This document shows positions 26,866 to 36,657 of a stretch of 64,000 nt of DNA, piece by piece; the first letter of the stretch is position 1; the number at the start of each line of letters is the position of its first letter. The stretch is from the IMG/VR virus record IMGVR_UViG_3300032288_003288. The stretch is one strand, 5' to 3'. The position numbers and the translations under genes were made by a program. A model generated the notes under the pieces. It saw only the letters and a list, made by a program, of their open reading frames with translations, was not told where the DNA came from and made no database searches. The stretch comes from a virus.

Positions 26866-27924
26866 TTATTTTCCAGTCGTAAATGGCTTGAATCTCTTGA
26901 TTGGTTTGCCAAATAGCTTCTTGTTCTTTGGATCTGCAACAGCTCCCGAAGACATGTTGTTGGTAGGAACCCCACCAGCAGCGCCCATTTCTTCGTCTAC
27001 CTTGTCTACCTTGGCATGAGCTTTGGCCTTGGCCAGCCCACCTTCAGTGTCTCGCCAATCTTTTCTTTGACCCCACTTGCTCAGAGACTTGAGCGCAGTG
27101 GTTCCATCTGAACGTGTATAGCGCTTTATGCTGGGTTTTCCAGGTGCACGAGCTTCGCTCAGCTCTGTGCTCATATAATCTGTAGCCGTCTGAAGATAGT
27201 CGTAAGCTAGAGTGATCTTCGATTGGACCCATTCAGGAAGGTCTGTGTCGGGCTTAAGCATACCATGCATCTTGTCCGCATGCATCATGATGCCCTTGAG
27301 CTGAGACATGACCATCTCGCCTTCGTATCCATATTCTCTTGAATCTTTTGCTTCAGCCATCTCTCTTAAGTCCTTGTCGGCACCATGATACGTACCTTTG
27401 CCTTTACGAATGTAAGCATTTACACGAGCGTGACCCCATTGCTGAGGCGTAGTTCCTGGTCTGTGACCAGAATTCCATGCTGCAACTCCTCGCTTATACA
27501 CCGTCTTGAGTGTAGATAGCGAGATGCCTGTCTTCTTGGCCTTTGCGGATAAAGAAGAGTCTGCCTCATTGACTTCGTCTTTCTTATCTTTTTTAGAAAG
27601 ACTTTTCAACACGTCTCTTTGCTTGGCGTGAGTCTTGACAGACTTGTCGAGCTGACCAACAAATTTTTTCAGTTTCTTGTTGACAGCATCAGGAATCTCT
27701 ACTTCTTGCTCTTTCATCATTTTTCTAACTTCTATGGTAGCCTTGCTTGGTCTAGTTTTTGCTCTAGCATCCCCTGGCGCAGGTTCATATGCACGAGGAT
27801 CGCGATCAGAGTACTTACTCATCTTCTTCCAATGGGCTTTTCTAGCTTTTGCAGTAGAAGCGCTGAGCTTACCGACATATGGCTTCGGTAATCCAGACTC
27901 CTTGTGCTTGTCTACTTTGTCCAT
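26866..27924 (-). CDS. Putative internal virion protein (DUF5824-like domain)
   Basis: KAKKTGISLSTLKTVYKRGVAAW.SGHRPG.TPQQWGHARVN; basic modules separated by Glu sites. Confidence 0.75.
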   Translation of the reverse strand: MDKVDKHKESGLPKPYVGKLSASTAKARKAHWKKMSKYSDRDPRAYEPAPGDARAKTRPSKATIEVRKMMKEQEVEIPDAVNKKLKKFVGQLDKSVKTHAKQRDVLKSLSKKDKKDEVNEADSSLSAKAKKTGISLSTLKTVYKRGVAAWNSGHRPGTTPQQWGHARVNAYIRKGKGTYHGADKDLREMAEAKDSREYGYEGEMVMSQLKGIMMHADKMHGMLKPDTDLPEWVQSKITLAYDYLQTATDYMSTELSEARAPGKPSIKRYTRSDGTTALKSLSKWGQRKDWRDTEGGLAKAKAHAKVDKVDEEMGAAGGVPTNNMSSGAVADPKNKKLFGKPIKRFKPFTTGK

Positions 27925-28316
27925 CAGATCTTCCTAAGAACGTCTACGATATATTGGTCTAGAGGTATTTCACTACTGATAATCGTCTCGTTTTGAAACC
28001 CAATTCCTGTAACAGTTTCTGGCATTCGACCTAAAAATACCAAGAATGGTTTTAAGTATTGATGATAGTTCTTAAGTCTAAATAACAATAACTTTGTAGC
28101 AGAATTGCCGAACACGTTATACAAGATAATCAAGTGATTGAGGATTAGTCTCTCTTTTAATTCACCAGTCTCTACATACTTGTTAAAGTGTCTCTTGATA
28201 TACTTTATACGTTTTAAATCTTCGTAAAACTCTAGCGTGTCAAAGCACTCTGGATTATCATAGTGTTTTGCAGCATACAATACAAAGTTGGTCTCATCTA
28301 CTTTATCATCTATCAT
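27924..28316 (-). CDS. Conserved T4-like hypothetical protein
   Basis: YAAKHYDNP.C, EFYEDLKRIKYIKR, ERLILNHLI.LYNVFG. Confidence 0.85.
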   Translation of the reverse strand: MIDDKVDETNFVLYAAKHYDNPECFDTLEFYEDLKRIKYIKRHFNKYVETGELKERLILNHLIILYNVFGNSATKLLLFRLKNYHQYLKPFLVFLGRMPETVTGIGFQNETIISSEIPLDQYIVDVLRKI

Positions 28317-28567
28317 TATGTAATTCGTACTTTGACGACTCCTGCCGCTGTGTAGTATAGTTGACCTAATAGAACGCCTGCTGTGTTTGCGGCAGCATCA
28401 TCAGCAAATGGGCCTTGAACGACTGCTTTACGAATAGTCGCCAGAGTGGCAGACTTGGTCGAGTTAGCGGAGACATCCACCAATGGGAAGAGGTCTCCGC
28501 TAGCAATCGAGTTGTTGGCGGTTCCAATAGATGTCAGTTCAGATATTTTCTTGGCACGATCTGACAT
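28316..28567 (-). CDS. Putative small virion structural protein
   Basis: KKISELT, ADDAAA..AGV..GQLY. Confidence 0.65.
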   Translation of the reverse strand: MSDRAKKISELTSIGTANNSIASGDLFPLVDVSANSTKSATLATIRKAVVQGPFADDAAANTAGVLLGQLYYTAAGVVKVRIT

Positions 28568-28578
28568 ATGTTATATCC

Positions 28579-29451
28579 TTACGCGTCTGGTAGAGTCTTA
28601 TCGTCAGTCGCGTCGTTTGTGAAGTTGCCGCCGAATGCAACGAGCGTCTCATACTGTACACGACCAGCGCGACCGCCAGTACCGACTGTGCGAAGTAGCC
28701 AGCCAGTGTGAGCAGCGCCCTTGGTATAGCCACGCTCTGTGAGAATAGCCACAGCTGTAGCTGTCTCTCCAGTCAAGGTATGAGTTTCGCCTGGGTTTGT
28801 AACACGAGCGTCTGTAAGATCGATAGCTGTACCACCCTTGGTAGCTGAGATCTTGACCGACGTAGTGTTGGCAGCTACTACGTAGTAGTAAGAGTTGCCT
28901 GTCAGCGGAGCGATAGCTGTGTTATTTGTCGGCACAGTGTAGTATACCTTATCACCCACCAGCAACTTCGAGTTGGCTGTCGAGATGAGAAGTGTGTCCG
29001 CCGTGTTGCTGAAACCAGTCGAGTTGGCTGTGATGTTGATCGCAGCAGGAGCAGCTATCGTTACAGATGGAACAGACGTGTATCCGCCCACCGTTACGTT
29101 TGCTGTCACAGCTGTGACACGACCAGTAGCGACTGTCGAGTTTGCAAGAACCGTGTTAGCACCACCAGATGTATTGGCTACTGTGACAGCTGCGTTTGCC
29201 GCATAGCCAGAACCTGCGAAGGTGATGATGTACTGTTGAACCGCCGCGTTGCCGCTGACACGAATTTCTGTAGCATCAAGACCAAATTGACCGACGCCTT
29301 TGTTCATTGCAACATTGTTGTTCTTGAACGCTTGCACGGTCGTGTTACCAAACAGATTAGTCTGGTTGGTCGTATTAGGTGTTAAGTTCACTGCTGTAGT
29401 GGCCCAAAGGACCGAATTCGCAGCATCGTCTGTTTTTCCCCACTGGGCCAT
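28579..29451 (-). CDS. Putative virion structural protein
   Basis: MAQWGKTD, Thr/Ala-rich beta content, HTGW..RT.G.GGRAGRVQYETLVA. Confidence 0.8.
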   Translation of the reverse strand: MAQWGKTDDAANSVLWATTAVNLTPNTTNQTNLFGNTTVQAFKNNNVAMNKGVGQFGLDATEIRVSGNAAVQQYIITFAGSGYAANAAVTVANTSGGANTVLANSTVATGRVTAVTANVTVGGYTSVPSVTIAAPAAINITANSTGFSNTADTLLISTANSKLLVGDKVYYTVPTNNTAIAPLTGNSYYYVVAANTTSVKISATKGGTAIDLTDARVTNPGETHTLTGETATAVAILTERGYTKGAAHTGWLLRTVGTGGRAGRVQYETLVAFGGNFTNDATDDKTLPDA

Positions 29452-29488
29452 TAGTTTTCTCCTGTTAAGGCTCGATGTTCTTATTTAT

Positions 29489-29752
29489 TTATTTAATAAT
29501 ATCAGTCAAGTAATCAGAATCTCGGTCTATAATGAAGGTAGTTTTAGTTTCTTCTGAAGAATTCTTAAACATTTTTAAGTTTTCTTGAGGAGCATTACGA
29601 GCAGCTATTCGAGCTTCTATCTCTTGCGCGCGCTTCTCTCTTTCAATTCTAAGCTTTTCTTTTGCGATCTTTTGATGAATAGATTCGAGACCAGAAGTCT
29701 TTTCTTCGACTTCTCGACCTTTGACTATTATCTTAGATGCATTGATAGCCAT
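29489..29752 (-). CDS. Hypothetical protein
   Basis: Coupled to upstream gene. Confidence 0.6.
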   Translation of the reverse strand: MAINASKIIVKGREVEEKTSGLESIHQKIAKEKLRIEREKRAQEIEARIAARNAPQENLKMFKNSSEETKTTFIIDRDSDYLTDIIK

Positions 29753-32376
29753 TACTGTCCTGCCTCTTTCTGCAAGAATTCTTTTTCGCGCAGCTTGTCT
29801 TGATAGTCCAGCTTTTCTTTGGCTGTCTTCATACCAGCGTGCTTGTCGAGGATGCGGGCTGCTTGAACTCCTGTGACATGATGCTTCTCTCCAGTATGAA
29901 GAGTTACATGATGACCACCTGTCATGCTAGTAGAAGCCTTACGTAGCTGATTGATAGGATTCTCGCTAGAAGGGCGATCACCGAGATTGGTGTATCCTTT
30001 AGCACGAAGCTTCGAGATCAGCTCTTTGTCTTTGACAGGATGGAGCTTACGATCCTTGTTCCATGGATGCTGGATCATGATCTTCGGCCGACCTTCGACC
30101 AACTCTTCGAATGCCTCGTCCAGCTCATTGACCTGAGGAGTAAGCCACTTGGCTTCGAACTCTTCAGCTGAAAGGTTCACGGCATCCTGCTCAAACTGCT
30201 CGAACTCTTCCTTGTAAGGTTGATTCATTCCCTTAGAAGCAAGCTTTAGACCAACAGAGCGCTTACGAACGCGTTCAGCTGCCTGCGCATGGAACTGCTT
30301 GTTATCTTCTTTGTTTCCAAGATCGTGCTTTAGTTCGCCACGAGCTTCTTCCTCATCGCCGCGGGCCATAGCGTGATAGCTCTTGCGCAATTTGTCTGAA
30401 ATCTCGTCGATCTGCTCAGCTTCTTCTTTCTTCAGCATGCTCATGCCCTTCTGACGGCGATTCCATTTCTTTACTTCGTCAGGATTCATGCTGTGAGCTT
30501 TGTTCATGATGTATGATGAAGCTTTCTTAGCGTACTCAGTTTTCGTCTTTGCAGAGATCTCGTCGATCTGCTCAGCTTCTTCACTCATATACTTGCGCTT
30601 GATTTCATTGGCTGCGCCCATGGCTGCAGCTGCAAGAGCGTGACTACCATTCTTCTTGAACATCTTGTGTGTGGTCATGTATGTATCAAGATGACGCTTG
30701 ACTGCATCTTTTGGCATGTTCTTAAGTTCAGCATGTGCCTGAGGAGTAAGGAACGATTCATCAAGCTCTTCTGAAACAATACGTGCACTCTTAGTAGAAA
30801 CTAATCCACGATAGTGATTTAATGCTTTATATGCATTGGTTGGGTGTACAGGTACTTTCTTTTTATGGCCGAGAAGATGGGTTATTTCAATATACTGTTT
30901 GTTCTTTGAGAGCTCGTCGATCTGCTCGACTTCTTCATTGGCAATCTTACAAATGGTGTTCTTACGGTTATAGTACTTGCGTGCTGCATCAGCATCTACA
31001 TTGCTCTTGTGCCAATATTTGTGTACTTGCGGTACTGCCTTCTTGACATATGCATCCTTTGCTACGGCTGAGATCTCGTCTAGCTCTTCAACTTCTTCAG
31101 TGGCATTGACTTTTGCTTTTAGCGGTGAATTCTTATATTGATCGGGATAGAGTTTTGCAGAAGCAAGATTTGCAGACTTCATGTGCCTGTCTGCGTCTTT
31201 ACCGCCTTCTAGTCCTTTACGCAGCATTCTACCGCCAGCATTACGTAAGGTTGTCTTTGAGAGCTCGTCGATCTGCTCGACTTCTTCCATAACATAAAGA
31301 TGTTTTGTACCTAGCTTTTTAGCTGCCTCGGCATGTGCATCCCTTAAAGTTTTTTCGCCTGAGGAAAAATGCATCTCGTGTTCTTTCGGTGAACCGTAGA
31401 GCTTTGTAGTAAAAGCCCATGATCCAGTGCCGCGTGCCTTCTTGCCGTGATTGCGTTCATATCTATTATGCATGATGCCTTCGATGATCTCAATGTCTTC
31501 ATTAGCCTTTTTGGCTTTCCAAGCAGTGGCGTAGGCGATCGATCTTTCTTGATCGGTCAGTCCGCCCTTCGAGTAACCCTTCTTGATGTGCTTGACCATA
31601 CGCTCAAACTTTTTACCGGGAGGAGCTACTTCTACCACATCATTGCACTCGCCGCAACACTCAGGAGTGCCGCAGTTGTTGTGCTCTACTTCTTCTTTGA
31701 AGTTTTCGGACTTATAAGTCTTCTTGAAGTGGGCGAAACGGGACGTGATGTTGCTGTCTGTCGGCTCGCCAGCAATGTGACGACCGTGAGCTGAGTCGAG
31801 GAAGTGCTTGACCATTACGTTGGGCTTCTTGGCATCTTGCAGATGACCTTTTGAACTCACAAGCTTCTTAACCTTGGCATGCATGGCAGAGTACTTCTTC
31901 TCACGATCTTCATCGCCAGAAGCTTCTACTGAGCCGTGATAACCATATGTAAGATTGCCCGACTTGATCTTTGATGAAGCTTCGTCAAGATCCACCTCTT
32001 CGTTGGCTTTCATAGCCTTTTTGGCAAGGTGCTTGGCAACGTTCTTGATGGTGTTTCCATACTCATCTTTACGCGTGCCGGTTGTACGTGTAGGATTCTT
32101 TGGATCTTCTTTCCAAGGTAGATCTTCCTCTTCCTTATAAAGAGTACCGTCCTTCTTATACTTCGATGCAACTTTGTTCTTTAGAGTCCCGATCGTCTTT
32201 GCTCCATGAATGGTAGCCTGACGCTGACGAGTATCTCCTGCGACCTTGACAGGAGTCTGATAGTCTTCGCAGGTATTCAGCGATTCCGCCGCATCCTTTT
32301 CTTTCTTTTGCAAAGTTTTCTTGACTTCGTCTAGAAGACCCTTAGAAAACTGATCTGTTAATTTCTTGCTGAACAT
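29752..32376 (-). CDS. Large modular internal head protein with repeated EE(V/A)EQIDE(I/L)S linkers
   Basis: 874 aa; Lys/His-rich modules separated by recurrent acidic linkers. Confidence 0.8.
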   Translation of the reverse strand: MFSKKLTDQFSKGLLDEVKKTLQKKEKDAAESLNTCEDYQTPVKVAGDTRQRQATIHGAKTIGTLKNKVASKYKKDGTLYKEEEDLPWKEDPKNPTRTTGTRKDEYGNTIKNVAKHLAKKAMKANEEVDLDEASSKIKSGNLTYGYHGSVEASGDEDREKKYSAMHAKVKKLVSSKGHLQDAKKPNVMVKHFLDSAHGRHIAGEPTDSNITSRFAHFKKTYKSENFKEEVEHNNCGTPECCGECNDVVEVAPPGKKFERMVKHIKKGYSKGGLTDQERSIAYATAWKAKKANEDIEIIEGIMHNRYERNHGKKARGTGSWAFTTKLYGSPKEHEMHFSSGEKTLRDAHAEAAKKLGTKHLYVMEEVEQIDELSKTTLRNAGGRMLRKGLEGGKDADRHMKSANLASAKLYPDQYKNSPLKAKVNATEEVEELDEISAVAKDAYVKKAVPQVHKYWHKSNVDADAARKYYNRKNTICKIANEEVEQIDELSKNKQYIEITHLLGHKKKVPVHPTNAYKALNHYRGLVSTKSARIVSEELDESFLTPQAHAELKNMPKDAVKRHLDTYMTTHKMFKKNGSHALAAAAMGAANEIKRKYMSEEAEQIDEISAKTKTEYAKKASSYIMNKAHSMNPDEVKKWNRRQKGMSMLKKEEAEQIDEISDKLRKSYHAMARGDEEEARGELKHDLGNKEDNKQFHAQAAERVRKRSVGLKLASKGMNQPYKEEFEQFEQDAVNLSAEEFEAKWLTPQVNELDEAFEELVEGRPKIMIQHPWNKDRKLHPVKDKELISKLRAKGYTNLGDRPSSENPINQLRKASTSMTGGHHVTLHTGEKHHVTGVQAARILDKHAGMKTAKEKLDYQDKLREKEFLQKEAGQ
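30401..31287. repeat. Dispersed intragenic direct repeats encoding the acidic linkers
   Basis: Exact 34-bp pair 30903-30936 / 31254-31287; exact 26-bp pair 30401-30426 / 30557-30582; shared core CTCGTCGATCTGCTC. Confidence 0.9.
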
Positions 32377-32387
32377 GTTTTTCTCCG

Positions 32388-32999
32388 TTAGTCCGCATCT
32401 ATGATTTTAATTTTTCGTTGAGCTTTCTGTGATCTTCTGATCAAGTAACGTTTGATATTATCTATGTCCCTGTCTCCTGCACCCTGTACATTCGCAGGAT
32501 CTGGATGAGACGTCTTGGGAGGGCCACGAAATCTGGGATCGTCTGAAGGATGCAAGTGATCCTCAGGATCTATGTGATGATGATGTTGACCCGTGTCAGT
32601 AAGCTGAGCACGAATAGCGTCTAGATGGTTCTTAACAAAGCCATGCTTTTCCAACATGCCTGGACCCATCTGCTCTGCGTTGTGCAAGATGATAGATGCG
32701 AGTTGCTCTGCTCTGTTGACGTTGTCCTGAGAAGCCATCTTCGTATTCAGTACTGATCTTTCTAGATCAAACAGCTTGTCGAGGTTAATGGCAGTAATCT
32801 CTGCAGGGACAAAGTCTGTGTCAGGCGGCAAGTCAGCGTACAGCTTCTGTGCCATGGGGCACATCTCAAACGACTTGGTGGTGTATGTGCCAACCGTTAC
32901 TTGGTCGTTCTGATCAGTCTCTTGCTCAGGACGCAGCGTACGCTCGTCGATGCGAGCCATAACGCGTCTAATTGAGCTTTCGACCGAGCGATATCCCAT
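32388..32999 (-). CDS. Hypothetical virion-region protein
   Basis: YRSVESSIR, VGTYTTKSFEMCP.AQKLY, KIKIID; start MGYRS. Confidence 0.7.
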   Translation of the reverse strand: MGYRSVESSIRRVMARIDERTLRPEQETDQNDQVTVGTYTTKSFEMCPMAQKLYADLPPDTDFVPAEITAINLDKLFDLERSVLNTKMASQDNVNRAEQLASIILHNAEQMGPGMLEKHGFVKNHLDAIRAQLTDTGQHHHHIDPEDHLHPSDDPRFRGPPKTSHPDPANVQGAGDRDIDNIKRYLIRRSQKAQRKIKIIDAD

Positions 33000-33442
33000 T
33001 ACACGATCTTCCCGTAAGAACGAAGCATCCATGCATGCTTGGCGTGTTGATCCATACGATCTTCTAGAAAGTTGACTAGACCGTTTAGACCCATACTGTC
33101 AGCAAGGTCGCGTGTCTGCTTAAGAGTGTTGCGCAGCGTATCGTTATCGGCTCTAAGAATAGAGACCATCATCAGCGGAGACGGGACAGTGTTTTCACCA
33201 GTAATCCCCGACAACTCGCCGAAACGTTCTAATGAACCCGGTGCATAGGCATCTAGCGCACGAATCTGTTCAGCCATAGGATCGATGGCGCCGTAAACTT
33301 CCTCGTAAAAGTTACCAAAGAAGTCATGAAACTGTTGAAAGTCCGGACCTTCCACGTTCCAGTGGAAATAGTGCGCCTTCAGATAAAGGGCAAAAGACTC
33401 TGCGAGAGTCTTCTTCATCAGTTGAACTAATTCATCCATCAC
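32999..33442 (-). CDS. dps: Dps-family ferritin-like protein
   Basis: KAHYFHWNVEGPDF.QFH, D.MAEQIRAL, KHAWML. Confidence 0.95.
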   Translation of the reverse strand: MMDELVQLMKKTLAESFALYLKAHYFHWNVEGPDFQQFHDFFGNFYEEVYGAIDPMAEQIRALDAYAPGSLERFGELSGITGENTVPSPLMMVSILRADNDTLRNTLKQTRDLADSMGLNGLVNFLEDRMDQHAKHAWMLRSYGKIV

Positions 33443-34992
33443 TCTTCACCCTCATCTTCTTCGTCTTGAATTTCTAGTTGCTTTCTCTTGTTCATCTCTT
33501 TGATTACCGCAGGATGATGTTCGAAAGCCGGCTTAAACTTAATACCGATGTCGTCGGCGGTCAACGTCGTTCCGATGCCTGCAGCAGCCACGATGTTGAA
33601 AGACTCGTTGATGCTTTCAGAAGTGACCTTCTTCTCTATCTCTTGCTGCTTGGTAGGCGAACGCTTACCTTTGTCGTTTCTCGGGACGTTATAGATCGTT
33701 TGGCGAACTTTGGTTGGTTCTCCAGGAGTGTCGTCTTTATATGTGTTGGTCAGGTCTACTGTGCCGACTTCACGCTTATACGGATCGAGATTCATCTCTT
33801 TCATCGAAGCGTCTTTAAAAGCTTGTTTGGTAGGAGCACCCTTCGAACCTGGCTTACGAGGCTTTTCTCCACGCGCTCGCTTGGCATGGATGTTTGCCCA
33901 CAGACCATTCTTTTCGAACAGCTTGTCGACTTCTGACCGATTGTCAGGAAGCGTCTCGATCTTGCCTTCTACAATGACCTTCTGCCACTTGCCGTCGATC
34001 TTTCTCATCTCGACCATTGGCTTGGCTGAAGGTTGTAGGTCTGCATCTTCTGTGTAGTAAGTGCGACCTTTATTTAAGAAAGAGTTTACACGAGCAAAAG
34101 CTTTCTGTAAAGCGTACGTCTCATTTTCTTCTGTACGATAGCCACGCTCGAACACTTGAAGGATGGTATCCATGTCGATACCGCTCTTGTCGCTTTTCTT
34201 GAGAAGCGAACGATAGGCAGCTTCGCTGATTTGAATCTTGTCGTCTTCTGGCGTCAACAGGCTTTCTGCGAGTCTGTGAACCGAGAAGTTGTGCTTGAGT
34301 GCACGAATCTTGGGATCTACGCTCTCTGCTACCAGATCATGAATGAGAGGTAGGAGCTGATCGTTGTTGGTCAGATCTAAATCGTTCAAGAAGTCAAATG
34401 ACTCTGAAGTTATTGACGTCGATCCGGATTGTGGTCCTGTCATCTTTGTGCCGTGTAAGAACGACTGCAGCCTACGTTGCTCTGCTGCCTTGACACGTGG
34501 AATCAAGCGCTGAGCGATCTTCTTGATCAGCTTAACGCGCTTGTCGACCTGACGATCTATCGCTTCTTTTTCTGTAGGACCAAGAGTAGCATACTCTGCG
34601 CCTCGGCGGCCGGCGACTCTCATGCGCACGCGCTGACGGGCTAGTTGAAATGCTCTCTTTTTGATGATTTGTGGCGGAGCCATTTTTCTTTGAGCTATTT
34701 TTTTGGCTCTCTGAATCTTACCTTCCCAACGACGTATGATCATAGCACGCTTCTGTCGTTGCTGTATATTCAGAGCTTCTACCATGAGGCCTTCTGCCTC
34801 TAGCTCTTCATTCATTTGTTTTCTCAGCTCGATGATGTAGGTCAAGACTACGTCATCCACGTTCTGCTCTTTTACGTCTAGCTGAGGATTGACGACGACT
34901 TTATCGAGCGGTTTGCCTGTGACCGAGTTGCCAGTACGCTTCGGATCAGGTTTTAGTAGTTTAGGTTTCTTAGTCTTATCATTCTTTTCCAT
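33439..34992 (-). CDS. Putative internal virion protein
   Basis: Basic modules after Glu sites; second KKSDKSGI..VFERG..FARVNSF module; GLWANIHAKR. Confidence 0.75.
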   Translation of the reverse strand: MEKNDKTKKPKLLKPDPKRTGNSVTGKPLDKVVVNPQLDVKEQNVDDVVLTYIIELRKQMNEELEAEGLMVEALNIQQRQKRAMIIRRWEGKIQRAKKIAQRKMAPPQIIKKRAFQLARQRVRMRVAGRRGAEYATLGPTEKEAIDRQVDKRVKLIKKIAQRLIPRVKAAEQRRLQSFLHGTKMTGPQSGSTSITSESFDFLNDLDLTNNDQLLPLIHDLVAESVDPKIRALKHNFSVHRLAESLLTPEDDKIQISEAAYRSLLKKSDKSGIDMDTILQVFERGYRTEENETYALQKAFARVNSFLNKGRTYYTEDADLQPSAKPMVEMRKIDGKWQKVIVEGKIETLPDNRSEVDKLFEKNGLWANIHAKRARGEKPRKPGSKGAPTKQAFKDASMKEMNLDPYKREVGTVDLTNTYKDDTPGEPTKVRQTIYNVPRNDKGKRSPTKQQEIEKKVTSESINESFNIVAAAGIGTTLTADDIGIKFKPAFEHHPAVIKEMNKRKQLEIQDEEDEGEE

Positions 34993-35050
34993 CAGAGTTT
35001 CCCTAAGGCTTATCTGTTAAACGGGTTTGCCGTAGCCTTGACCGTATACC

Positions 35051-35058
35051 TATTTATA
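35051..35058 (-). promoter_or_regulatory. T4-type late promoter
   Basis: TATAAATA. Confidence 0.8.
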
Positions 35059-35068
35059 ATAAATCAGT

Positions 35069-35347
35069 TTAGCAGTTCCAACGCTTAAGGGAAGCGGCCT
35101 TACGGGTCGGTCTGCCCTTCTCGTCCTTCATAGGACCGGGCATGCCGCTCATGCGAGCGCAGAAAGACTTACGTCTTTTGGCTGCCTCGCCGTCTGGATC
35201 TAGTTTGCTAGGCGGAGTAGTGACTGCCATCTTGACGCCAGCCGCCTTAGCTCCCTTACGAGTCAAGCCAGCGCCGTCTTCGGTCGGTCTCTTGTGGCCT
35301 TTTGTGTCTTCTCCGCGTTCTGTTATGAATTCTTTGAACTTGATCAT
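35069..35347 (-). CDS. Small basic virion protein (DUF6321-like)
   Basis: MIKFKEFITE N-terminus; RRKSFCARMSGMPGPMKD.KGRPTRKA.SL.RWNC. Confidence 0.8.
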   Translation of the reverse strand: MIKFKEFITERGEDTKGHKRPTEDGAGLTRKGAKAAGVKMAVTTPPSKLDPDGEAAKRRKSFCARMSGMPGPMKDEKGRPTRKAASLKRWNC

Positions 35348-36657
35348 GTGACTTCTTCCCATGTCATGGCTCCGACCGCGTCGTTGCCATTGGCTGCACC
35401 AGTAGCAGCAAGAGTAATGGTAACACCAATGTTGTTAGCAGCAAAAGGATCTCTTTCAAATTGATACGCAAAGAGATCGGATCTAGATAAGTTAACTGCT
35501 GCGCCGCCAGAACCTGCAGCCACATTTACATAACCGATCTGTGCATCTCTACCACCGGTGATAGCTGTAGCTGTAGTGTCATATTCTATTGCAGAATCAT
35601 TAGACGTATTAGCAAAGTTAGCTCCAGTTAGAGTTCCACCAATAATGATCTTATACCTGTAGCTGGTATTGTTTGTAACACCAAAGAACTCGACATCTTT
35701 TAAAACAGCAACAGCATCTTTAAAAGAATCTCTTAATCTCAATGAAACGATAGGAGTAAATGTTCCAGCCGTGGGAAGATCTTTTGGTGAGGTGATGGGT
35801 ATACTAACGCTTCTAGCTCTACCGTTTAGTTCATATCCGCCTTCTGATATGACTGTAGAGCATATCTGCTTAAGCGTAGAGTTGCTGGCAGTGTTGGCGG
35901 TATTTTTAATCTCATATCTACAAGGCAACGTGGCAGTGGTCATATATGTCGTGGTGTTTACGTTGTCGTTATGAAATATATGAGCAGGTAGCATTATGCC
36001 ATCTACAACAAATCCACATCTAACGTCACCAACACCGAGCCATTCGACGTCTATCCAGAAGATATTAGACTTGGTGATGTTTAGTCCGCCTGAATGTTCA
36101 GCTGATGTGCTCTGACCAGAAAAACCTGTTCCATCGAAGCTATCGACGTTCCAGTTTGATTGAGCTATTCTATTATCTGTAGGAGTTCCTGTGACGTTGC
36201 TCCGAAGGACCAGATAGTTTCCGCTACCATCATTTTCTAAAAAGATCCCGTTCTCTGTATTGAAGTATCCTACTCGCTGAGTTAATCCAGCTTTAGGAGT
36301 ATTCATACAGAAAGTATTTAAGATGAGTAGAGATTTGCCAGGCTGATAAGAGAATACACGCTTGGTTTCTCTATAGACGTGAGAGTTATTGGCAGTATCT
36401 ACGTTCATATTTATGACCGATTCGTTGGTCATGTGCTCGGTATTAGAAGTGCCAGCAGTATTTGTCGACCACTTGTCGTTGTCTTGATAACGATGAGAAG
36501 AATCGAAAAGAGTGTACCCTGTAGAGGTGCGAAGTCTACCAAACGCATCTGTTACAGTTCCTGACGGAGTAAGTCTGTTGTCTAACATGTTTACTTCGTA
36601 TAGAGTCTTGTTATGAGACCTATGCAGTATCTTTTGATCTGATCTCCACTGCGCCAT
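35344..36657 (-). CDS. Putative virion structural protein
   Basis: DAFGRLRTS, YQPGKS, EWLGVGDVRCGF, TATLP.RYEI, W.E C-terminus. Confidence 0.8.
   Translation of the reverse strand: MAQWRSDQKILHRSHNKTLYEVNMLDNRLTPSGTVTDAFGRLRTSTGYTLFDSSHRYQDNDKWSTNTAGTSNTEHMTNESVINMNVDTANNSHVYRETKRVFSYQPGKSLLILNTFCMNTPKAGLTQRVGYFNTENGIFLENDGSGNYLVLRSNVTGTPTDNRIAQSNWNVDSFDGTGFSGQSTSAEHSGGLNITKSNIFWIDVEWLGVGDVRCGFVVDGIMLPAHIFHNDNVNTTTYMTTATLPCRYEIKNTANTASNSTLKQICSTVISEGGYELNGRARSVSIPITSPKDLPTAGTFTPIVSLRLRDSFKDAVAVLKDVEFFGVTNNTSYRYKIIIGGTLTGANFANTSNDSAIEYDTTATAITGGRDAQIGYVNVAAGSGGAAVNLSRSDLFAYQFERDPFAANNIGVTITLAATGAANGNDAVGAMTWEEVT

Noticed and set aside
30401-31287. Repeats considered as a CRISPR array
   Set aside because: Irregular spacing of roughly 150-350 bp, all in frame within a CDS, no cas operon; the Cas4-like nuclease at 8195 is a standard T4-like gene
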